Source: Candidatus Latescibacterota bacterium (GTDB taxonomy: Bacteria; Latescibacterota; UBA2968; GCA-2709665). Taken from it: a DNA stretch of 64,000 nt. Numbering within the stretch: position 1 is the first letter of the stretch; each line of letters opens with the position of its first letter. The stretch is taken from the NCBI GenBank assembly GCA_965237675.1, contig OZ250150.1:3360001-3424000 (forward strand), in the 5' to 3' direction. The position numbers and the translations under genes were made by a program. The notes beneath the pieces were generated by a model. The model was not told the DNA's origin. It did no database searches and saw only the letters and a list, made by a program, of their open reading frames with translations. Below are positions 56,416 through 64,000 of the stretch, in pieces.

Positions 56416-58151
56416 CCAAACTTACCATCCGCAATTTTAAGCGCTTCGGCGAGGTGGAGATCGAACTGGGAAGTCCAGTCGTCTTCATCGGGCCCAACAA
56501 CTCGGGCAAAACCTCGGCGATGCAGGCGCTGGCGCTCTGGGACATCGGTCTCAAGTGCTGGAACGAAAAACGGTCCGGAAAGAGTACACCCGAAAAACGC
56601 CCGGGAGTGACGATCAACCGGCGAGACCTCGTTTCGATTCCGATTCCTGAGGCGAACCTTCTCTGGCGCGATCTTCACGTGAGGGACGTGCGAACCGTGG
56701 ATGGGAGGCAACGTACCAGCAACATTCGAATAGACATCATTGTCGAGGGAGTTACAGAGGACAGGCACTGGAAATGCGGCCTTGAGTTCGACTACGCAAA
56801 CGACGAGTCCTTCTACTGCAGGCCGCTACGCCTATCAGATTGTAAAACACCAGATCGTATGCCCGTTCCTGACGAAGCCGGAAGCACGCGAATTGCCTTC
56901 CTGCCGCCGATGTCGGGCTTGGCAGCGACGGAAACGCGCCTCGATGAGGGGGCCGTCAACGTACGAATTGGCGAGGGTCGTACGGCAGAAGTTCTGCGAA
57001 ACCTGTGCTTTCAAGTCCATCAGACACAACCCGAACAGTGGAATATCCTTGTTGAGCATATACTGACCCTGTTCGGATCACGGCTCGATCCGCCCCGTTA
57101 CATCACCGAGCGGGGGGAGATCGCGATGACCTACACCGAAGAGAACGTCCGTCTTGACCTGTCGTCATCTGGACAAGGTCTGCAACAGACACTGCTCCTT
57201 CTGGCGTACATTTACGCTAATCCTGGTTCGGTTCTGCTCCTGGAGGAGCCGGACGCGCATTTAGAGATTCTTCGTCAGCGCCAGATCTACGGGCTGCTCA
57301 CCGACGTCGCGAGAGAAAGTGGTAGTCAGATCATTGCCGCCAGCCACTCCGAAGTGCTGCTCAACGAGGTCGCAGGTCGGGAAGTGGTCATCTCGTTCGA
57401 TGGAGGGCCGCATCCGATTGACGACAGTGGATGCCAGGTTCTGAAGGCGCTCAATGGAATCAGTTTCGACCAGTACTATCAGGCCCAACATACCGGCTGG
57501 GTGCTCTACGTGAAGAGCTCGACGGACCTATCGATACTGCAGGCGTTCGCCAGGAGACTGGGACACGAACGCTCGATCCGGGCGCTCGAGCGGCCCTTTG
57601 TGAAATACGTGCAAAATCAGCCGACGACCGCTCAGCACCATTACCACGGCCTGCGCGAGGCTCTCCCCGCGCTTCGGGGCGTTGCCCTCTTCGATCGCCT
57701 CGAAGCGGTGAGTTCCGATATCGCCCAAATCGAGTGTTTGACGTGGACGCGTAGAGAGATTGAGAACTACGTCTGCTCGCGGGCGACACTCGAAGCATAC
57801 GCGACGGGTACCGCAAAGGACGCCTCGGCAGGACCCCTGTTCGCTGCGTCTGAAGTAAGCAGGCGCCAGAACGCCATGCGCGAAGCTATTGCGGAAGTAG
57901 AAGCGGCGCTGATGACGCTGGGTAAGGAATCTCCCTGGAGTGCAGACGCCAAGGTAAGTGACGATTTCCTGGCTCCGCTCTTCGAAGCATACTTTTACAA
58001 GCTCGGACTACCGAACCTGATGGCCAAGAAAAACTCCTGTCAGTTGGTCGAATACGTGCCGGATAGCGAAATCGATCCGGAAATCTGTGCCAAACTGGAC
58101 GCAATTGCGAACGTCGCTGAGAATGCGACGCCGGAGGGAGAACGAACGTGA
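56409..58151 (+). CDS. ABC-type AAA ATPase with C-terminal TOPRIM-like domain (OLD/ATP-dependent endonuclease-like)
   Basis: IRNFKRF, Walker A GPNNSGKT, signature SSGQG, Walker B LLLEEPDAHL, ASHS, VLYVKSSTD, FD, REIENY. Confidence 0.85.
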   Translation: MLTKLTIRNFKRFGEVEIELGSPVVFIGPNNSGKTSAMQALALWDIGLKCWNEKRSGKSTPEKRPGVTINRRDLVSIPIPEANLLWRDLHVRDVRTVDGRQRTSNIRIDIIVEGVTEDRHWKCGLEFDYANDESFYCRPLRLSDCKTPDRMPVPDEAGSTRIAFLPPMSGLAATETRLDEGAVNVRIGEGRTAEVLRNLCFQVHQTQPEQWNILVEHILTLFGSRLDPPRYITERGEIAMTYTEENVRLDLSSSGQGLQQTLLLLAYIYANPGSVLLLEEPDAHLEILRQRQIYGLLTDVARESGSQIIAASHSEVLLNEVAGREVVISFDGGPHPIDDSGCQVLKALNGISFDQYYQAQHTGWVLYVKSSTDLSILQAFARRLGHERSIRALERPFVKYVQNQPTTAQHHYHGLREALPALRGVALFDRLEAVSSDIAQIECLTWTRREIENYVCSRATLEAYATGTAKDASAGPLFAASEVSRRQNAMREAIAEVEAALMTLGKESPWSADAKVSDDFLAPLFEAYFYKLGLPNLMAKKNSCQLVEYVPDSEIDPEICAKLDAIANVAENATPEGERT

Positions 58152-58188
58152 ACCTGACTGCCTATAGATTCTCCATGGATAGGAAATA

Positions 58189-59349
58189 ATGCTAACCTTT
58201 AACGCGGTCGATGTGGAAACAGCCAACGCTGATCGCGCGAGTATCTGCCAGATCGGCATCGTTCATGTCCGGGACGGTGAAATCGAAGACCAATGGCAGA
58301 CATTGGTAAACCCGGAGGAGTGGTTCGATCCTTACAATGTCTCAATTCATGGCATTGACGAGGATGCAGTCAGGTATAGCCCGACTTTCTCCGAGCTGCG
58401 TGGCAAGTTGCGTTCTCTGCTTCGTGGCTCGGTTTTGGTAAGCCACACTTCATTTGATCGCGTTGCATTTGAGCGTAGTATGACTCGATACAACCTCGAA
58501 CAGCTTCAGGTTACGTGGCTGGACAGTGCCAGAATCGCTCGGCGCGCGTGGCCACGAGAATACGGACAAAGTGGCTATGGTCTCAAGAATATCGCGAAGG
58601 ATCTTGACATTTCATTCAAGCATCATGATGCCTTGGAAGATGCCAGGGCAACCGCTGAGGTCGTGCTCAGCGCGTGTGCGACCACAAGGTCATTGCCAAT
58701 ACGGCCATCTCTAGCAAACGGAAGGCGATCGACGGTGTTTTCGGGATTTGACGAGGCGGTGGTCGTCGATGTAGAAACAACAGGTCTCGATCCAACGAGT
58801 GACAGAATTATCTCGGTAGCGATGGTACGCGCACGCTTCTCAGACCTGAGGCAGGACCCCAATGGATTACATGGCGACACCATCGACGCTATCGTTAACC
58901 CGCAATGCCGTATACCCCGACAAGCGTCCCGTATTCACGGCATACGAGACAAAGACGTAAAACACAAAGGTCCCTTTTCCGAAATCGCGCAGCAGCTTCG
59001 GAATTTCATCGGCGACCGTCCGATAGTTGCCCACAACGCCTCATTCGACAAGAATTTTCTTAACGCTGAATTCAAAAGGGCAGGGGTCAAAACCCTCTCT
59101 CGCAACAAGAGCTTTTGTACGATGCGGCGATTTCAGGATTTTAATCATGGCTTCCGACGGGGGAGCAATCTTGAGAATGTAGCTATCGTCATGGGGATGA
59201 AGGGCCGAAAAAGCTCAAAACATGAAGCCACCCAGGATGTCAGGATGGTGTGGGAGGTGGCTGGTTCGACCCCACCATGTCCGGCGGGCGACCTGAGAAC
59301 GACGTACAATGGGCCAGAAATTGACGCGAACGCTGGATTGGATCACTGA
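58189..59349 (+). CDS. Protein with two tandem DEDDh 3'-5' exonuclease domains
   Basis: Domain 1 DVETAN/HTSFD/HHDALEDA; domain 2 DVETTG/HNASFD/HEATQD. Confidence 0.85.
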   Translation: MLTFNAVDVETANADRASICQIGIVHVRDGEIEDQWQTLVNPEEWFDPYNVSIHGIDEDAVRYSPTFSELRGKLRSLLRGSVLVSHTSFDRVAFERSMTRYNLEQLQVTWLDSARIARRAWPREYGQSGYGLKNIAKDLDISFKHHDALEDARATAEVVLSACATTRSLPIRPSLANGRRSTVFSGFDEAVVVDVETTGLDPTSDRIISVAMVRARFSDLRQDPNGLHGDTIDAIVNPQCRIPRQASRIHGIRDKDVKHKGPFSEIAQQLRNFIGDRPIVAHNASFDKNFLNAEFKRAGVKTLSRNKSFCTMRRFQDFNHGFRRGSNLENVAIVMGMKGRKSSKHEATQDVRMVWEVAGSTPPCPAGDLRTTYNGPEIDANAGLDH

Positions 59350-59507
59350 AAAACTGTGGGTGGTCTGCTGTGTCAACGACCCCGCTGCATAACACGATCC
59401 GGCCCGGTATTTCAAGCCATTTTACGTCGCCGGACCGGGCGCCGGAAGGGATACTCAATGTCCTGGCGTGGTGAGTGTTTTCTGGGTCACGGCAAAGGCG
59501 TAGATGA

Positions 59508-59843
59508 ATGACACACGTCACCGACACTCTCATAGACCGGATGGTACGGGCAATCGTTGACGAAGTCGATCCGGAGCAGGTGATCCTCTTCGGCTCCCGC
59601 GGCAGGGGCGATGAAAGGCAGGATTCGGATGTCGATCTGGTCGTCGTTGAATCCAAGCCCTTTGGTCAGGAACGAAGCCGTCATAAGGAAATGGTCAGAC
59701 TCTACCACGCGTTGGCGGGCTTTCCGGTCGCGGCGGACGTCCTTGTCTACTCTCGTGACGACGTTGACTACTGGCGCGATTCCTTAAACCACGTGCTGGC
59801 GAGGGCACTACGGGAGGGTAAGGTTCTCTATGAGCGACGTTAA
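59508..59843 (+). CDS. Minimal nucleotidyltransferase (MNT)
   Basis: ILFGSRGRGDERQDSDVDL (GS-x10-DxD), EGKVLYE. Confidence 0.92.
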   Translation: MTHVTDTLIDRMVRAIVDEVDPEQVILFGSRGRGDERQDSDVDLVVVESKPFGQERSRHKEMVRLYHALAGFPVAADVLVYSRDDVDYWRDSLNHVLARALREGKVLYERR

Positions 59844-60228
59844 GTGCGCGAAGATACTTATTCGTGCGGCGGAGCGCGATATCGAAGCGCTCAGATTCAT
59901 GCGCGATCCGGACGAAATCCCTGATGAGGTTTTCGGCTTTCACGTGCAGCAGGCCGCCGAGAAATCGCTCAAAGCGCACCTCGCCCTGCTGGGTGAGACG
60001 TACCCGCTCACCCACAATCTCGAAGCACTCCTTGACATTCTCGCCAGGCGTGGAGTCGCTAAGGACTCGTTCCGGGAGCTGATCAGTTACACACCCTACG
60101 CCGTCGAGTTTCGCTACCAGGGTGTCGGTCCTGATGCCGAGCCGATCTATCGGGAGGACGCTCTGAGGCTCGTAGAAACGCTGCTGCAACAGGTCACGCG
60201 GCAGTTGGCAAGAGCGGAAGGCGAATGA
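59830..60228 (+). CDS. HEPN domain protein
   Basis: FHVQQAAEKSLKA, THNL, YAVEFRY; overlaps MNT gene. Confidence 0.9.
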   Translation: MSDVKCAKILIRAAERDIEALRFMRDPDEIPDEVFGFHVQQAAEKSLKAHLALLGETYPLTHNLEALLDILARRGVAKDSFRELISYTPYAVEFRYQGVGPDAEPIYREDALRLVETLLQQVTRQLARAEGE

Positions 60229-60372
60229 GGAAGGTCGAGGAGGCAGCTCTGGCCTCGTTTGCAGGCCTTCACGAACAGTGATCGCGCGGCGTCGGCGTGG
60301 AGCTTCGCGCGTTCGTGATACCCCAAACGGTTGTCAATACTTACACGATCCAATTGGAGCCGATAGCACTAT

Positions 60373-61647
60373 ATGCCCCGTCTTCGCTTTGTACATGCCG
60401 CTGATCTGCATCTTGATAGTCCTTTTGTCGGGATAAAGGCCGTGGCTCCCGACAACGTGGCCGACGCACTTCAGGATGCGACCTTCGGCGCCTACGAGAA
60501 CATCATCAACCTGTGCATCGACGAGGGTGTAGACGCGCTGCTCGTCGCGGGTGACGTGTACGATTCGACCGACCGGAGCCTGCGCGCGCAACTCAAGTTC
60601 GCAGATGGCCTGAAACGGCTGGACGAGGCCGGCATACGTTCTTTCGTCTGCCACGGCAATCACGATCCGCTAAGCGGTTGGGAAGCGCGGCTGGACTATC
60701 CGCCAGGCTGTACGCGCTTTGGTTCGGAGTCTGAAGCCGTGCCGGTATTCGAGGACAATCCCGAACGCGCGGTCGTGCACGGCATCAGCTATCCGACACG
60801 AGACGTCTACGACAACCTGGCGCCGCGTCTCGGCAAAGGCGATCCCGAAGCGTTCTCTATCGGTCTGATGCACGCCAATGTAGGTAGCGACACTACCCAT
60901 GTGAACTACGCGCCCTGCTCGCTCGAAGATCTTGAACGGTCGGGGATAGACTACTGGGCGCTCGGACACGTGCATGGGAGGCATGTTATCAGCGAGCGGT
61001 CCCCGACCGTGGTCTATCCGGGCAACCCCCAGGGCAGGCATCCCAACGAGCCCGGTGCGCGCGGCGTGTATCTCGTCGAGGTGGACGATGACGGCGACGT
61101 CCGCCTGGACTTCAGGGCCGTGGACACCGTGCGGTGGGAGCGGCTCGTCCTGGACATCTCCCCTATGGAGACGGAGCAGGACCTGATTGACGGGATCCAC
61201 CAGAGCATTGATGACACTTTGAATGCCACGAACGGCGCGTCAGTCGTGCTGAGGATCGCGTTGGCTGGTAGGGGTGGTCTGCATAACGGACTTCGACAGA
61301 CCGGCTTCATAGAAGATATTATGGAAAGCATAAACCGCGAATGGGCGAAACGTGCCCCCTTCGCGTGGTGTGAGCGCATCGAAGACGAGACCGCGGCCCA
61401 GTTCAACCGGGAGGAGCGCGTCGAAGGCTCCGACTTTTTGGCCGAGGTGCTCAAGACCGCGGATCGCGCGAAGAAAGACCCCGACCTGCTAGCCCGTCTG
61501 CAGGATGGACTTTCCGATCTCTACCAGCACCACCGTTATCGCCAGCATCTATCCGACCACGCCCCCAGCAACGATGACCTTTCCACGTTGATCGATGAGG
61601 CTGAGGCAATCGTCGTAAACCTGCTGGCAGGGGATGACGACGCATGA
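60373..61647 (+). CDS. YhaO/SbcD/Mre11-like metallophosphoesterase
   Basis: ADLHLDSPF, AGDVYD, GNHD, DYWALGHVH, YPGNPQGRH. Confidence 0.93.
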   Translation: MPRLRFVHAADLHLDSPFVGIKAVAPDNVADALQDATFGAYENIINLCIDEGVDALLVAGDVYDSTDRSLRAQLKFADGLKRLDEAGIRSFVCHGNHDPLSGWEARLDYPPGCTRFGSESEAVPVFEDNPERAVVHGISYPTRDVYDNLAPRLGKGDPEAFSIGLMHANVGSDTTHVNYAPCSLEDLERSGIDYWALGHVHGRHVISERSPTVVYPGNPQGRHPNEPGARGVYLVEVDDDGDVRLDFRAVDTVRWERLVLDISPMETEQDLIDGIHQSIDDTLNATNGASVVLRIALAGRGGLHNGLRQTGFIEDIMESINREWAKRAPFAWCERIEDETAAQFNREERVEGSDFLAEVLKTADRAKKDPDLLARLQDGLSDLYQHHRYRQHLSDHAPSNDDLSTLIDEAEAIVVNLLAGDDDA

Positions 61648-64000
61648 AGATCCGAGACATTCGCATCGACGGGTTCGGTCAGTTCGCAGGTACGCAATTT
61701 GGCCCGCTGGAGCGATCCGTGACCGTCCTCTACGGTCCCAACGAGGCGGGCAAGAGCACGCTGTTGGCGTTCGTCCGGAGGGTGCTTTTCGGATTTCCCC
61801 GCAAGAGCGGGAAGGTCAACGCCTATCCGGCGTTGGCCGGGGGGAGCTATGGAGGACACATCACCATCGAAGGCTCGGACGGTGGTGTGTACGACGTGCG
61901 CAGAACGACGGGAAAGAGTTATGGCGGAGACGTTGTCCTGAGTTTGGCAACAGGCGACACGCTCCCCGAATCTGAACTGGCGAAGTTGCTGGGGCACCAC
62001 TCACGGGACGTCTTTGAGCGGGTATTCGCGTTTACTCTTGACGATCTCTACAGCGAAGACTTGCTGAGGGACGCGAACGTCAACAGCCAAATATATAGTG
62101 CAGGCATGGGCGTAACTTCACTTCCGAACGCCGCGAGGTCGATCGAGTCCTCCCGCGTAGGAATTTTTCTAAAAGGTGGGAGCAGCCAAAAGACATACGA
62201 GGTCTACAGTAATATCGAAAAGATAGACGACAGGCTGCGGGATGTCGCAAATATCGCGACAAATTACGGGGAACTTGCCGATCGCCTTCAACAGGTCGAG
62301 GTCGAGCTCGAAAGTCTGGCTGTCCGGCGGCGAGAGATTCAATCTCGGTATAACCGTCAGATAGCGCTTCAGAATGCCTGGGACGGTTGGAATGACCTGA
62401 AATCCGCCGAGCAAGAATTGGCTGGCATACCGGCTATCGACACCTTCCCCGCGGATGGTGTGAATCGGCTGGAAGCATTACAGGAGCGCGTCAGGGCCGC
62501 TCGGCGGGAGTACGAGTCAGCGGAACAACGAGTGTCTGAGGCCGAACGCGCAGCGGACGTCCGGGTAGAGCACGAGGCTATTCTGGAGTACTCGGCCGAC
62601 GTCCGCCGTCTGCAAAATGGCCGAACCGCTTTCCATGGCTCTGTCAACGACCTCCCGGAACGTGAGACCGAGCTTGAAGGCCATATGAGAACCCTGGCCG
62701 TAACCATGAAAGGCCTGGGACCCGACTGGGACGATGCCCGGTTGGAAGAATTCGACCTCTCATTAGCCGTCCGCCAGGAGATCTCCGAGCATGGTGAGCG
62801 ATTGCGCGACGCTTCCGCGGAGTATTCGAGCCGCAGGTCGAGACTCGGTCAGGACAGGGCCGCATTGGTGGAGGCCATAGACGCGGAGAGCAAGGCGCAA
62901 CTAGAATTCGAGGTGTCCATGACGCCGGGCCTGGATGCAGAGCAGATATTACAGCAACGCAACCTGGCGCGCGCCACAAAAGCGCAACTCGATGAAATCG
63001 GCCGGCAGCGACAGAACGTGCGGAATCTGCAGACTCAACTCGATGGCTTGGAGAGTGCAGCAACCTCGGACGGAGCGGCAGGCGGTGCCAGGACCGTCGC
63101 GGCGATCAGCCTCGTTTTCGGGTTTGGGCTCCTGATCGCAGGAGGGGTTCTCGGCGGAACGACTCTATATATCGGCGCCGCGGCTGGCATTGCGCTTGTC
63201 AGCGTGGGCATATACCTGTTTGTGTCTCGAAAGTCCGGACCAATGGTTGCCGGGGAATCGCCGCTCGCAGGCCCTATTCGCGAGTCCCTTCGCCGCGCCG
63301 AAGCGGACATCGAGGATCTCCAGTCCAGGATGACGCAGGACGCAATGGCCCTCGGCCTCGAAGTGATAGATGAATCGTCCCTCCTCGCCGCCGAGGCGTT
63401 CAATGACGGACAGGAGGGCAAGCTCAGGGAACGGACTCGGCTCAATGATGCGCTCGAGGGCGTGAAGGACCTGGTAAACCAGAGACAGACCCGTGCCGAA
63501 GAGTCCGCTGCCGGCGTCGAGGATGCGGAGCGGCAGTTGGACGCGGCGCAGCGTGAATGGAACGAATGGTTATCGGCGCGTGGTCTGTTGGAAACCTTCA
63601 CACCAGAGACGGCCGATGTGCTGCAAAGTCAGGTCGAGCTTGGACGCAGCCACCTTGAAGATGTGCGAAGCTGGCAGCAGCGCATCGAGGCCATCCAGAA
63701 GGACATCGACGAATACGTTGAGGCTGTTGAACCGCTTGCTACGGCCTTCGATGTCACATTTGAACGGAACGACTCGCGCACCGTTGCCGATGCCGCGGAC
63801 AGGCTCGTCGAGTTGCTGGTAGAGGTCACGGAGAGCATCAGGCAACGGGCCGCTGCGGAAGCGGAGTTAGAGGAAGTGAAACTCCAATTGGAAGAGCGCA
63901 GGAGCGACCTCCAAAAGGCAGAAGAGGAGCTTGACCACCTACTCCAATCAGGCGGCGCCGAGGACGCCGAAGCGTTCCGCGTGCTCGCAGGTCTTTCCGA
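61644..64000 (+). CDS. YhaN/Rad50-like coiled-coil ATPase (AAA_27), runs off window end; absent from ORF track
   Basis: ATG overlapping yhaO-like stop (ATGA); MKIRDIRIDGFGQF, YGPNEAGKSTLLAF..VLFGFP, long coiled coil, TM hairpin near 63093-63230. Confidence 0.9.
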   Translation, partial: MKIRDIRIDGFGQFAGTQFGPLERSVTVLYGPNEAGKSTLLAFVRRVLFGFPRKSGKVNAYPALAGGSYGGHITIEGSDGGVYDVRRTTGKSYGGDVVLSLATGDTLPESELAKLLGHHSRDVFERVFAFTLDDLYSEDLLRDANVNSQIYSAGMGVTSLPNAARSIESSRVGIFLKGGSSQKTYEVYSNIEKIDDRLRDVANIATNYGELADRLQQVEVELESLAVRRREIQSRYNRQIALQNAWDGWNDLKSAEQELAGIPAIDTFPADGVNRLEALQERVRAARREYESAEQRVSEAERAADVRVEHEAILEYSADVRRLQNGRTAFHGSVNDLPERETELEGHMRTLAVTMKGLGPDWDDARLEEFDLSLAVRQEISEHGERLRDASAEYSSRRSRLGQDRAALVEAIDAESKAQLEFEVSMTPGLDAEQILQQRNLARATKAQLDEIGRQRQNVRNLQTQLDGLESAATSDGAAGGARTVAAISLVFGFGLLIAGGVLGGTTLYIGAAAGIALVSVGIYLFVSRKSGPMVAGESPLAGPIRESLRRAEADIEDLQSRMTQDAMALGLEVIDESSLLAAEAFNDGQEGKLRERTRLNDALEGVKDLVNQRQTRAEESAAGVEDAERQLDAAQREWNEWLSARGLLETFTPETADVLQSQVELGRSHLEDVRSWQQRIEAIQKDIDEYVEAVEPLATAFDVTFERNDSRTVADAADRLVELLVEVTESIRQRAAAEAELEEVKLQLEERRSDLQKAEEELDHLLQSGGAEDAEAFRVLAGLS

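Noticed and set aside
59253-59276. tRNA T-arm-like GGAGGTGGCTGGTTCGACCCCACC (possible att remnant)
   Set aside because: T-stem is mismatched, there is no acceptor stem or cloverleaf, it lies inside a coding frame, and there is no integrase in the window

Overview
A 64-kb window of a high-GC, diderm (BamD-encoding) bacterial chromosome; the gene content resembles Latescibacterota/Poribacteria-like heterotrophs, but that assignment is inference only. The backbone carries housekeeping genes (rlmD, greA, folD, purL, rbsK, bamD, nadD, zapA) and a long run of catabolic enzyme genes (about 29-53 kb). There are two accessory regions. (1) A visibly lower-GC island (about 8.2-15.0 kb) encodes a divergent chaperone-like triad: a short GrpE-like protein, an 832-aa atypical Hsp70, and a 558-aa protein with a J-domain-like N-terminus lacking HPD plus PH-like C-terminal repeats. 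The triad is split by a decayed IS3 relic that itself carries a 77-bp MITE with a CTAG duplication. This triad is the best candidate for an undescribed system. (2) A defence-island-like region (about 54.5 kb to the window end) holds a GGCT gene and its decayed 3' duplicate, an antitoxin with a dead PIN toxin, an HsdR N-terminal stub, an ABC-ATPase/TOPRIM (OLD-like) protein, a double DEDDh exonuclease, an MNT-HEPN pair and a YhaO/YhaN (Mre11/Rad50-like) pair. Several candidate small RNAs or leaders and apparent pseudo-enzymes were also noted. No rRNA, complete tRNA or CRISPR array was seen. All family calls come from motifs recognised by eye, not from database searches.
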